A stretch of DNA of 32,000 nucleotides from Candidatus Hermodarchaeota archaeon (GCA_048886185.1 JBHLKY010000005.1:86901-118900), one strand, 5' to 3'. Numbered from the stretch's first letter, positions 10,377 to 19,900 are shown. A program made the numbers and translations. Notes: generated by a model from the sequence alone, not told the origin.

Positions 10377-10431
10377 TATTCGACAACAGAATTCTTTTTT
10401 TTTAAATACCTTTATTTCGATCATTTAGGAT

Positions 10432-11232
10432 TTAAAGAATACTTAGAATGAATAAGAATATTATCAATAACAGTAATTTTAAAAAGTCTAAAGGGGTGAA
10501 ATAAATCTCTCTAATGTAGCTTCTTGTAGAATAACAACCAAAAGCACGACCATCCATGCTGATTGTTATGTCTCGTATCCTATTTAACGTTGAACTAATC
10601 ATAGGTATTAATGTATAGCTCAAAAGATTCACTACGCCTCGTAGATTATTAGGATTAATATTTAAACCTCGTGCCTGCTGTGCATTTTGAATAATACTAG
10701 TTTCTATATTAAATACAGGTGTAAAACGTAATGATAATGACAATGAATAGGCAAAACGGTATGGAATACCGATAGTAGTCAAAGATTGAGCGAAGTCAAA
10801 TGGATTTGTAGAATTAATGAAAATCCAACTAATTGAGATTAAACCCCAAAAACGACCTATCAAAAGTAATCCTTGATAAATCCCACGCTCATAGATAGGC
10901 AAAAATGGGCCATATTGATAAATTTTAATTGGAATAAGATGAAAATATAAGTCTCCACCATGAACAAAAAGAACTTGAACTAAAAAAATAGTAATTGAAA
11001 ACATAAGTATCATTCGGTAACGTGGCCTTGCAATATTGAAAGAGAGTCTTCCAAAGGAATAAATGAAGAATATACTAAGGACAATAAAATAAATTTTAAT
11101 TAGGTTAGAATCAGAAAAAAGTAACAAAGATACAAGAATCACTGCAGAGAATTTGACTAGAGGGTTCGTTCCAATCTTTTGACTGTTTTGAAGGAGAAAA
11201 ACTTCTAAGGAAATAGCTCGCTTATCATTCAT
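10432..11232 (-). CDS. ecfT: ECF transporter transmembrane T component
   Basis: Hydrophobic N-terminal half, SLSLRFTP, AQQARG and SMDGRAF (two conserved Arg motifs). Confidence 0.93.
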   Translation of the reverse strand: MNDKRAISLEVFLLQNSQKIGTNPLVKFSAVILVSLLLFSDSNLIKIYFIVLSIFFIYSFGRLSFNIARPRYRMILMFSITIFLVQVLFVHGGDLYFHLIPIKIYQYGPFLPIYERGIYQGLLLIGRFWGLISISWIFINSTNPFDFAQSLTTIGIPYRFAYSLSLSLRFTPVFNIETSIIQNAQQARGLNINPNNLRGVVNLLSYTLIPMISSTLNRIRDITISMDGRAFGCYSTRSYIREIYFTPLDFLKLLLLIIFLFILSIL

Positions 11233-12721
11233 TGAACATCATCTCTCTTAAAAAATTTATAATTCTAGTTTTATAGAGAAAAGGAATCACTTCATCTGGC
11301 GTTCCTTGATTAACAAGCTTTCCTTTATCTAAGACGAAAATATAATCAACTAAATCATATAGTTCTCTCCGATGAGATACAATGATTGTTGTAAATCCCT
11401 TTTGTTTTCGTTCTTTTAATTTTTGTATTAAATATTCAATATTTGCACGATCCTGTCCAATGAAGGGTTCATCTAGTAATAAAAGATCAGGAGTATAGAT
11501 TAAAATGGAACAAATGTTTAATCGGCGTTTTTCACCATAGCTTAAACCAAAAGGGGGCTGATTCAGATAAGAATCAAGTGCTGCTTCTTTAAGTAATTGG
11601 TTTGCTTTAAGATTAATGTCATGCAAATCTAATTTGAAATTTTTGGGAGCAAAAATCACTTCTTCTAAGATATTTCGTTCAAAGATTTGGTGATTGGGAT
11701 TTTGAAAAACAAGTCCTATTTTCTTAGCCAGCTGAAATGTAGGAATTTTTGTTATATCTTTTTTATTATATATAATATTCCCTGTGCTAGGTACGAGATT
11801 AAGTAGTGCTTGTAAGAGGGTGGTTTTACCAGCACCATTAGGGCCAACAATTCCATAAATTCGTCCAGGAGTTAGCTCTAGAGAAATCTGTTTTAATGCT
11901 TCACGCTTATTTAACATTATAGTGAGTTCTTGGGTTTTTAGGACTCTATTAGAAGAGGTTTGGTGAGGAATTTGTTTAACTTCTTTAAGTAGTTCATGAG
12001 GAACCTTGAGACTTCGAAAATTAATATTAGATTCCCTCATCTCTTTAATGACTTTTCCTTGTTCTATAACAATTAATTTATCAAGTAATTTTTTAAACAC
12101 GTAAGGTTGATGTTCTATTAAAATGATCGTTAGCTTTGTACATTTGTTTAACTCTTTTAGTGAAAGTATTAAATTTTGTACACTCCGATTATCCAAAAAA
12201 GAAGTTGGTTCATCAAGTATAAGAACCTTTGGTTGCATCGCAAGAATTGAGGCAATAACAACACGCTGTTTTTCACCACCTGAGAGCTCATTGGTAGATC
12301 TATTAACCAATGAAATAAGATCCATTGCTTTAATGCTGGTTTGCACTCGGTTAAGGATATCTTCTTTAGGTAACGCCAAGTTCTCTGGACCAAAAGCGAT
12401 TTCTTCGAGTACTGATGAAGTAACAAGCTGATTTTCGGGATCTTGTTGTACTAAGCCAATAAATTGACTAATATCACTAATAGACATCTCAAGACTTGAA
12501 ATTCCTTGAAAATTAACCTCTCCTCTTAATTCACCTGCAATTGTATGTGGGATGTGACCCGATAATGCTAATGCTAAAGTAGTTTTTCCTCCTCCACTAG
12601 TTCCAGTTACGCAAACAATTTCTCCTTCATTAAATTCTAAATTAATATCTGTTAATACAGGATTATCTGAACCATTATAGTAGAAGGATAAGTTATTCAC
12701 CTGAATCTGAGGGAGAACCAA
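11225..12721 (-). CDS. ecfA: ECF transporter fused double ATPase (EcfA-A', YkoD-like)
   Basis: Two Walker A (GTSGGGKT, GPNGAGKT), Q-loops QQDPENQ and FQNPNHQ, LSGGEKQR and LSYGEKRR, two LDEP; overlaps ecfT by 8 nt. Confidence 0.93.
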   Translation of the reverse strand: MVLPQIQVNNLSFYYNGSDNPVLTDINLEFNEGEIVCVTGTSGGGKTTLALALSGHIPHTIAGELRGEVNFQGISSLEMSISDISQFIGLVQQDPENQLVTSSVLEEIAFGPENLALPKEDILNRVQTSIKAMDLISLVNRSTNELSGGEKQRVVIASILAMQPKVLILDEPTSFLDNRSVQNLILSLKELNKCTKLTIILIEHQPYVFKKLLDKLIVIEQGKVIKEMRESNINFRSLKVPHELLKEVKQIPHQTSSNRVLKTQELTIMLNKREALKQISLELTPGRIYGIVGPNGAGKTTLLQALLNLVPSTGNIIYNKKDITKIPTFQLAKKIGLVFQNPNHQIFERNILEEVIFAPKNFKLDLHDINLKANQLLKEAALDSYLNQPPFGLSYGEKRRLNICSILIYTPDLLLLDEPFIGQDRANIEYLIQKLKERKQKGFTTIIVSHRRELYDLVDYIFVLDKGKLVNQGTPDEVIPFLYKTRIINFLREMMFNE

Positions 12722-12887
12722 TACGAGTCACACAATCTTCTATTCACTGAAAAAGTTTTTAATCAAGCTGATTCACAAAAAATGTGACCCATTAATAAAA
12801 CCTTTCTCCCTTTCAATCTCTTTTATACCTTGAAGTGATTTCATTTATTTATCTGAGAATTGTTGATAAAATATTATTTTCTTGTGA

Positions 12888-12909
12888 GATCCTGATTAAA
12901 TCTAGGATC
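12888..12909. terminator. Inverted repeat just downstream of the S-component gene; possible terminator or mRNA processing hairpin
   Basis: GATCCT-GATT-A-AATC-T-AGGATC in the 200-nt gap; no clear U-tract on the coding strand. Confidence 0.3.
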
Positions 12910-12921
12910 AATCTAAAATTT

Positions 12922-14061
12922 TTACAATTTATGAACTTCAATATGATTTACTTTTTGTACCCAAAAGCTGCCATGGAACTTCCCTGCAACTAAACGAAGC
13001 CCATTAGACTCCATGACTAGTAATAAGAATTTATCACCTTGAATATCTGTAGAATTAAATTCAACGTAATACCCATCTGATGCACTAATTTTTACCATAT
13101 AGAATTCAGAAATGGGTTGCGCTGCTTCTATTATAAGATGTAATGGAACACCAGTATAATTTTGGGGGGGCCTATATGTAAAATCACCTTTTAATTCAGC
13201 TTCTACCGTCACTTGACGATCTAAGAAGTCAGCTGGATAATAAGTGTAAGGATTATAAACATCTCCAGTTATTTGAGCCGAAAATCGATTTTGAGAAATT
13301 AAATAGGAGAAAATAGTTATTTCAAAAATAATTAAAATAATTATAAGGCTTATGCGAATTGCCCTTACATATTTTACTTTGTATGATAATGTAGGTTTTT
13401 TTCGCCAGTTTAAAATTGTGGATTTGCTATATAATTGAAAAACTGCGATTGGTAGAAACCCTCCTAGTAGAAATCCTGATCCAAAACTTAATGTTGCAAT
13501 AAATGCGATGAAATAGGCAGGGATTTGAGAATTGAAAAAAATAAGTTGCTGAAGGAATACATTTGATGCACTTGCTATACCTGACGCCAAAGAAATTATT
13601 ATTTTGTTGTTAGAAGAGAGGAAAATAATAAGAATTATCTCTATTATCAATCCTTGAGTACCAGATATCAACAAAACTAGAATACCGTGCGCACTGCCAG
13701 TAAAGAATTCAATAAATCCTTTCACGACACCTGCAAACAGTGCAACACCCATTTTACGATTTGTTAGCAAATAGATTAGTACTATCCAGAAGACGTGAAG
13801 CCCTGCAATTATTTGTCCCCCACCAAAAGGAAGACCAATAATCCTATTGATAAGATTACCTAGATACCCAATGAAAGTACTAAAAATACCTCCTAAAGCA
13901 CAAAAAAGAGCAATTATAACTAAATCACTTGTTTCATAATAGTACTGGGATCTTTTATGTCGTATTAGATCTGCTCTTACCCACGGAATCTTTGAGATAA
14001 GGGGAATGGTTTCAGAAGAACTACTGTTTGATATATCACGAGAGTCTTCTTCTTGTCTCAT
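12922..14061 (-). CDS. ECF S-component (YkoE-like) fused to a C-terminal sulfite-oxidase/MsrP-fold domain
   Basis: Residues ~45-210: six hydrophobic segments with GQIIAGLHVFW...GVALFAG...EFFTGSAHG...QGLIIE, the YkoE pattern. Extra TM at ~235-255. Residues ~260-379: YTGVPLHLII, SASDGY, LRLV, FWVQKVNHIEV. Confidence 0.8.
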   Translation of the reverse strand: MRQEEDSRDISNSSSSETIPLISKIPWVRADLIRHKRSQYYYETSDLVIIALFCALGGIFSTFIGYLGNLINRIIGLPFGGGQIIAGLHVFWIVLIYLLTNRKMGVALFAGVVKGFIEFFTGSAHGILVLLISGTQGLIIEIILIIFLSSNNKIIISLASGIASASNVFLQQLIFFNSQIPAYFIAFIATLSFGSGFLLGGFLPIAVFQLYSKSTILNWRKKPTLSYKVKYVRAIRISLIIILIIFEITIFSYLISQNRFSAQITGDVYNPYTYYPADFLDRQVTVEAELKGDFTYRPPQNYTGVPLHLIIEAAQPISEFYMVKISASDGYYVEFNSTDIQGDKFLLLVMESNGLRLVAGKFHGSFWVQKVNHIEVHKL

Positions 14062-14139
14062 GATCTGTCTCCGTAACTATTAATTACTTCCTAAAAGTCA
14101 ATAATGTTACTGTACTTGTTGTAGAAAGACAAAACATTC

Positions 14140-15180
14140 CTAAGTATAAGTTATTCTGATGAAAACAACATCACGGATCCATCGCCAACTATCAGTTAAA
14201 AAGGAATCAGGACTAACAAAAGCAATCATAAATGGTCCAGAGCCTTCTATTAAAGGAGAACTATCGTTCTTATAAGCTAAGATAAGACTTAAGTTATTTC
14301 TACCTCCATGACCAATAAATTCACCCGCAGAATTGTAAACAGGAACGCTTCCAAAAACCTCTTCTTTAATAAAGGTTCTCCTGTACCCATCCGATGCAAC
14401 AATTTCAATTGAAAAATTGAAAGATGTGTCAATTAAAGTATTGAAAACATAACTAAGATTCACACCTGTGTAATCAAAAGGACCAGTAAAAATTCCAGTT
14501 TTAGTAATAAAACCCCCAGCTGAAGTAATAGAAGGAAAATTAAGCACCTGAGTCCAAGAAAATGTGTAATTCTTCATATCAGCCTCGATGGTTATTCTTT
14601 CAGATTCACGTCGAAATTCTAATTTATTCACATATTTCGACCAACGAGTACCTGCTGATCCCCGTAGCGCTTCTAAAGAAGAGGTATTTCCTTTGTCGTT
14701 ATTAGAATAACCTTCATCTAGAGGAAGAAATGCAATGCGAGGGCCATCCTCCCAATTAGGATAAAGAATATCATTGAATTTATAAGCTAAAATCATAGAT
14801 CCTTGAGTGTTGTTCCATTTTGTAGTTGGCGGGATAATGTTATCATAAGTAAAAATTTGAGGTGTATAATTATCTCGTGTTGAAACGATTAAGAGGTCCC
14901 CTGTTTGAATTCCTCCGACCTCATCGGCAAGTATAGAAATTAGTATACCCTGATAGGTTCCTTTATCCCTCCAATTCCCAAGGGTATTCTGGTACTCACT
15001 TTTTCCTCTAATACTAGGTAATGATAAAAGGGAAGTCATATTGAAGGTTTTTGTTTCACCTGAGACACCAATAACAGTTAAAATTGTCTCTTCCTCTTCA
15101 GGAGAAGTATCGATGCAACCTGAGAATAATACAATTGCCATTAGCGAAAGAATGATAAATGAGGATTTTTTTAATTTCAT
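14140..15180 (-). CDS. Lipoprotein with two tandem sulfite-oxidase/MsrP-like (molybdopterin-binding fold) domains lacking the metal-ligating Cys
   Basis: MKLKK + hydrophobic + lipobox FSGC; two repeats each with YxG(I/V)xL, (T/A)(R/S)DxY, ILAYK..D, GP and W..V..(L/I). GTG 15189 is an alternative start; TTTTATATA box about 25 nt upstream. Confidence 0.7.
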   Translation of the reverse strand: MKLKKSSFIILSLMAIVLFSGCIDTSPEEEETILTVIGVSGETKTFNMTSLLSLPSIRGKSEYQNTLGNWRDKGTYQGILISILADEVGGIQTGDLLIVSTRDNYTPQIFTYDNIIPPTTKWNNTQGSMILAYKFNDILYPNWEDGPRIAFLPLDEGYSNNDKGNTSSLEALRGSAGTRWSKYVNKLEFRRESERITIEADMKNYTFSWTQVLNFPSITSAGGFITKTGIFTGPFDYTGVNLSYVFNTLIDTSFNFSIEIVASDGYRRTFIKEEVFGSVPVYNSAGEFIGHGGRNNLSLILAYKNDSSPLIEGSGPFMIAFVSPDSFLTDSWRWIRDVVFIRITYT

Positions 15181-15271
15181 AATGGTCACTTTTATATACT
15201 GGATTATTATATAAAAAAGAAATTAATAAATTTTGATTGGGTGAGCCTCTAAGCCCATCTTTTAGAACATC

Positions 15272-16063
15272 TTAGGTCGAGGATTTATTTGTATTGAAAG
15301 GATTTCGTGTATGTTTTATAACAGCTTGGGATAATTTAAGGGATCCACGGAGAAAACTAGCTGGTTTCATCTTTTGGCTACCCATACGCCATTTTTTGGC
15401 TTCATAAACAATATCAACGCCATCACTACCTATTTCATCTCCTAAAAGGAGATCAAACTTCTCAGGAACTTCAGGCCTCACTAAATTAAATATCCCTTCT
15501 GCTGCTAATGCTGCGTGTGCAATATCAAGAATTATATCAGCAAATTCTATACAAACAGGTTCCTCTCCCAGCTCACGATGAAGATATCCTCGCTTAATAC
15601 TTTCGTATCCCTGGTTGATTATTATTTTTGCAGAACGATTTAACAATTTCTCACTATAGTCAACGTTCTGTAAGACATTTTTTCCAAGTATGGCTTCTCC
15701 TTGTTGGGCAGCTGCAACAGCATGAATAGGTGAGAAGCCCATACCAATCCTTGCTGGTAAATCAGTGGATTCTAGAAGACGTAAATCAAGAATTGGAGCA
15801 TAGACTGGGTGAACGAAAAATACTGACAATGCTTCACCAATTTTAGCTAATCTACGTGGTGGTTTCTCTTCGTTGATGTCATCTACATCCACAATTAAGA
15901 CAAGGTCTATGTCACTGATCCCTGGTATTATCCAACCTGTTTCATCTTGTTCTCTTCGATAAGATCCATACAGTATTAGCCCTCGTACATATTGGAGAAG
16001 TTCATCTTCAACTGCACTAGTGAATTCTTCTAGTAGATTGTTGTACTCGTCATACCAAGACAT
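15272..16063 (-). CDS. Pol-beta superfamily nucleotidyltransferase with helical (HEPN-like) C-terminal domain
   Basis: LILYGSY...SDIDLVLIV, third acidic residue in LDLRL; helical C-terminal half (ILDIAHAALAAEG). Confidence 0.75.
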   Translation of the reverse strand: MSWYDEYNNLLEEFTSAVEDELLQYVRGLILYGSYRREQDETGWIIPGISDIDLVLIVDVDDINEEKPPRRLAKIGEALSVFFVHPVYAPILDLRLLESTDLPARIGMGFSPIHAVAAAQQGEAILGKNVLQNVDYSEKLLNRSAKIIINQGYESIKRGYLHRELGEEPVCIEFADIILDIAHAALAAEGIFNLVRPEVPEKFDLLLGDEIGSDGVDIVYEAKKWRMGSQKMKPASFLRGSLKLSQAVIKHTRNPFNTNKSST

Positions 16064-16236
16064 TTTTGCACCACTATTTCCAAAGATTGTTTTTGATATT
16101 AAATATATGAATACTTTTCTATAAAAATTGCTAAGAAACTTCTCATTAATAAGAATAAAGATAGGATACGAATGAATAGGATCAAATTCTTATCCCTAAA
16201 ATGATTTTAATTAAACTAAGGAGCTTTGAGGAATCA

Positions 16237-16752
16237 CTAGCCGTACATAGTAGTCTTCCCTTCTCTCTTAAGAAGTCGTTTATATTCTTTATCTAATTTT
16301 TTCTGCTTATCAGTGAGAAGAGGGAGTGGTTTCTGGCCTTTTGATCGAAAAGTATCTCCAAGATTGACAAATTCTATACCCTGATCTTTTTTGCCCTTTA
16401 GTGCATTTAGAAAAATCTGATCTAGTTTGTATCCTTCAGTCATCGCTTCTCGAATGATACGATAATCGAGATCTAGAATTCCTAGATTTCCTCGAGATTT
16501 TTGGCTGCTTATCAATTTTAAAAAGTCTTCATCAACGTCACGGGCTATTCGAGTCCCCATCCCTTGCATTTGAAAGGGATTTTTTTCATAAGCCCGAACT
16601 TGGTAAATAGGTCCAGTTGTAGGATGAAATAATAGCAAATCTGACCCAAATTGATCCTTAGTTGGAGCTGAAATAGTTTTCCATTCCCCAGGAGTCTTTC
16701 GGCCCTCTTTAAGGATGTCTCTCAATATCTCTTGAAGGGATTTAATTGTCAT
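16237..16752 (-). CDS. Conserved archaeal hypothetical protein
   Basis: Own TATA-like box upstream; DLLLFHP...YEKNPF...GTRIAR..D...MYG recalls uncharacterised euryarchaeal proteins. Confidence 0.6.
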   Translation of the reverse strand: MTIKSLQEILRDILKEGRKTPGEWKTISAPTKDQFGSDLLLFHPTTGPIYQVRAYEKNPFQMQGMGTRIARDVDEDFLKLISSQKSRGNLGILDLDYRIIREAMTEGYKLDQIFLNALKGKKDQGIEFVNLGDTFRSKGQKPLPLLTDKQKKLDKEYKRLLKREGKTTMYG

Positions 16753-16941
16753 CTCTTATTCACGATTGAATTTTCCATCTCTATATATATTCCTTTTGCT
16801 TTATAAAGATTTAAATTCTCATATTATCAGAATTATCCAAAATTTTTAAGTTAAAATAAGGTTTAACTCTAAAATCCTATAAAAAATCGTCTTCTCTGGA
16901 TTAAATTTCAATTAACTTAGAGAAATAATTTTTCATTTAAT

Positions 16942-17754
16942 TTATATAATAATCAACGTAGCTAACATAACTGACATACCAATTAATATACCAGCAGTTA
17001 CAATATGAGCATCACTACCATTATTATGGCAGGTTTCGTGAGCAGCAGGTAACAATTCATCAAGGGAGATGAAAGTCATTATTCCTGCGACAAAAGCCAG
17101 TGACATCACTATTATTTCTTCACGGACTATTCCTAAGCTTAGAAGAATGAATAATCCCATTAAAGCTCCTACAGGTTCAGCCAATCCAGATAAAAACGAT
17201 ATTTTAAAGGCCTTATTCTTATTATTGGAAGCTGAATAAATTGGGATTGCTACTGAAAGACCCTCAGGGATGTTATGCATAGCAATAGCAATTGCTAGAA
17301 TAAGACCAAGGTCAATGGAGTAGAGACTGCCAGTTATCGTCACAAAACCTTCGGGGAGATTATGAATAGCTATTCCAATCGCTGAAAGTAATCCTACTCG
17401 CATCAAACTAGGATTTCTGGAGTTATTTTCTAATATCTTTCCAGTCTCATCACATGCTTGTTGATATTCATGCATATATTCATGAGGAATCAGAAAATCG
17501 AGGAATGCTACCACAACCATTCCTAAAAGGAAAAAAAGCCCTGCAATAAGAATGTCAAGATTAATGATAGCCTCAGGAAGTAACTCAAAAATAGACACTC
17601 CTAACATTACTCCGGCTGAAAATCCCATTGACAGACTTATAATTTTAGGATCATTTCTCTTTACGAAAAACACAACTAAAGCTCCTACTGTTGTAGAGAG
17701 TCCAGCAAACAGGGACAATAATAAGCCCCAAAAAATCTGTTCTAAGGTTATCAT
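16942..17754 (-). CDS. zupT: ZIP family divalent metal transporter
   Basis: About 8 TMs, GFSAGVML, His-containing loop, HNLPEG and HNIPEG motifs, SGLAEPVG, LDELLP. Confidence 0.92.
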   Translation of the reverse strand: MITLEQIFWGLLLSLFAGLSTTVGALVVFFVKRNDPKIISLSMGFSAGVMLGVSIFELLPEAIINLDILIAGLFFLLGMVVVAFLDFLIPHEYMHEYQQACDETGKILENNSRNPSLMRVGLLSAIGIAIHNLPEGFVTITGSLYSIDLGLILAIAIAMHNIPEGLSVAIPIYSASNNKNKAFKISFLSGLAEPVGALMGLFILLSLGIVREEIIVMSLAFVAGIMTFISLDELLPAAHETCHNNGSDAHIVTAGILIGMSVMLATLIII

Positions 17755-18109
17755 TCTTCTAGTTCCAGAAGCAACCTATGATAATCTTGTACTTTGTCCT
17801 TTTAAAAGCTGTTTGCAACTGTGAACTTAATTATTAAAAACAATCCTCTTGAAATTATAGCATAATAAGAATTAGTTCCTATTGAAATAGTCCAATTAGA
17901 AATAATATGGGATAACAATTAATATTTGGACAGTAAATCTTTAGAAGAAGTGATATTCCCTCTAGATTGGAACCATCAGCTAAGTTAAGCAATTCTAATG
18001 TAATATCTAAATAATGGGCTTTCATAAGTGAGGGAAAGATCATTTTATTTTTCTTAGTACGAATATTTTTACATAAAATTATAAAAAAGAGAAAAAAAGA
18101 AAGAGGAGA

Positions 18110-19900
18110 TTAGTATTGATGAACTTTATCTAGTTCCTCGTCTGATACATCAAAGACAACATTGTGTGGGGGTAAAGGTTCTTTATAGAAGAATTCGGGT
18201 AATCTATCGTCTTTTGCAGTCATTCCAGCTCTTTTATTAAATTCTCTTTCCCAACGAACTATGTTTTCACCATATTTATTAACATCGATTTCTGTTCCCA
18301 AGAAACCATTGATTGATTCAACCATACCATTTAATCCAGACTCAATATCAAGAATGGCAAATGCAATAAAAAGACAATAGCCAGTTGAATCAATATATGC
18401 AGTTGTATGTTGGAATGCTCGTGAAAGTTCTGCTTTTTTCACATCTCTACGATCAGGTTTTCCCCCGATTTGTAAGATTTCAGGTGCTATCGTATACCCT
18501 TGAGTATGGCAGCCACCTTGGGTTCCAGTTGCGTAAGTCACTCCGATACCCTTGATTGGTCTTGGATCATAAGCTGGGAGACTCTGCCCTTTCACTTGAG
18601 CAACTCGAGTGACTCCTTTGTATTTACCCATAGCTACAGCTCCATTACCAACAATTTTACCGATTTCTTCATCAGTGGTAATTTTCTTTAATAATTCAAC
18701 AGCTCCAGAACCGTCTCCGAATTCAAGTACACCTCCTTCCATTGCTACAGCAATAGTATTTCCAGCTTCAATTGTGTCTAGTCCTAGGTCATTGCAGACT
18801 CGATTTAGCTCTGCAACATAGTATAGATTATCGATTCCACAGTTAGTTCCTAAGGCCCAAACGGATTCATATTCAAGACAACCAACCTGATGTTTACCAG
18901 TGTCTTCATAAGGAACAATATTTGAACACCTCATGATACAACCTGGATGACATGCATGATTGTAAGTTGCAGTTGACTCAGGGAATTTTGCTTTCACTTT
19001 ATCAATAAATTCATGTACAGCTTCACCAGAAATCTTAGCTGCTCCCTCAAAACGACCCTCTTTCCAATTACGAGTGGGTAGTGCCCCTGCTTCGTTAATA
19101 ATATTTTGAAGAACATTTGTCCCATAGTTTTTGAGCCCACCAAAAGGTTTTATTTCACCTGTTTCAGGATCAGGTTTTTCTAGAACCCCTGTTACAGCAT
19201 GCTCATTTAAAGCATCCCGTAACTTTATTCGTCCTGTATCATATAGTTCTTGCTTAACAGGTTCAAGACCTTCAGTTCCTGTATCATCAGTGATGATTGC
19301 AATGACCCTTTTTGAACCTAATACGGCGCCTAAACCACCCCTACCTGCATATCGTCCAGGATCAGTGTTTTCGACATTGTTCCCAAAAATGCCAGCTCCT
19401 TTCATTAGCTTTTGACCTGCAATTCCACAACCAATTATTCCTGGTTTGTTGGGATATTCTTCCCAGATTTTTGTAATTAATTCATAAAGGCCCATCCCAG
19501 CATATTTATTAGCCATTACAATTTCGCATTTATTTTTCGACACAATAAGATTATACCACTTATCATCTTGGGGTTGGCCTTCTATAACTATAGCTTTAAG
19601 TCCTAAACGTCCAAGTTTTTGAGCTGTCAATCCACCTGCATTTGCCTCTTTGATCCCATTAGTGAGAGGAGATTTTCCTCCAACACTAAGTCTGCCAGAT
19701 GATGGGGCATTTGTGCCAGCCAAGATGCCCGGGGCTACAACTAGCTTATTTTCAGGCCCTAGAGGGTCGCACATCGGATCTACTTCATCAAAAACGATCT
19801 TACTCGTAAGGGCTCTCCCTCCGAGTGTTTCATATTCATCTGGAACAGTCTCATACGTATGTTTTAAGGTAGACATGTCTACTCTTAGAATTTTACTCAT
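18110..19900 (-). CDS. aor: Tungsten-dependent aldehyde:ferredoxin oxidoreductase family protein
   Basis: KSPLT, EANAGG, GRGGLGAVLGSK, CHPGCIMRC and GGCH [4Fe-4S] ligands, EYES, GLDTIEAG, YDPR, DDRLP. Confidence 0.95.
   Translation of the reverse strand: MSKILRVDMSTLKHTYETVPDEYETLGGRALTSKIVFDEVDPMCDPLGPENKLVVAPGILAGTNAPSSGRLSVGGKSPLTNGIKEANAGGLTAQKLGRLGLKAIVIEGQPQDDKWYNLIVSKNKCEIVMANKYAGMGLYELITKIWEEYPNKPGIIGCGIAGQKLMKGAGIFGNNVENTDPGRYAGRGGLGAVLGSKRVIAIITDDTGTEGLEPVKQELYDTGRIKLRDALNEHAVTGVLEKPDPETGEIKPFGGLKNYGTNVLQNIINEAGALPTRNWKEGRFEGAAKISGEAVHEFIDKVKAKFPESTATYNHACHPGCIMRCSNIVPYEDTGKHQVGCLEYESVWALGTNCGIDNLYYVAELNRVCNDLGLDTIEAGNTIAVAMEGGVLEFGDGSGAVELLKKITTDEEIGKIVGNGAVAMGKYKGVTRVAQVKGQSLPAYDPRPIKGIGVTYATGTQGGCHTQGYTIAPEILQIGGKPDRRDVKKAELSRAFQHTTAYIDSTGYCLFIAFAILDIESGLNGMVESINGFLGTEIDVNKYGENIVRWEREFNKRAGMTAKDDRLPEFFYKEPLPPHNVVFDVSDEELDKVHQY

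Noticed and set aside
9639-10424. ParB chromosome-partition nuclease call
   Set aside because: The ParB-like N-terminus is shared, but the C-terminal PKTTRH region fits SerK; no parA is adjacent.
12850-12910. CTGAGA...CCTGAT, reminiscent of a TPP riboswitch beside a YkoE-like gene
   Set aside because: Wrong strand for the ECF genes, downstream of the S-component, and no GC-rich supporting stems.
14140-15189. Catalytic sulfite oxidase / MsrP call
   Set aside because: No Cys available to ligate Mo, no Tat motif, and no MsrQ or cytochrome partner.
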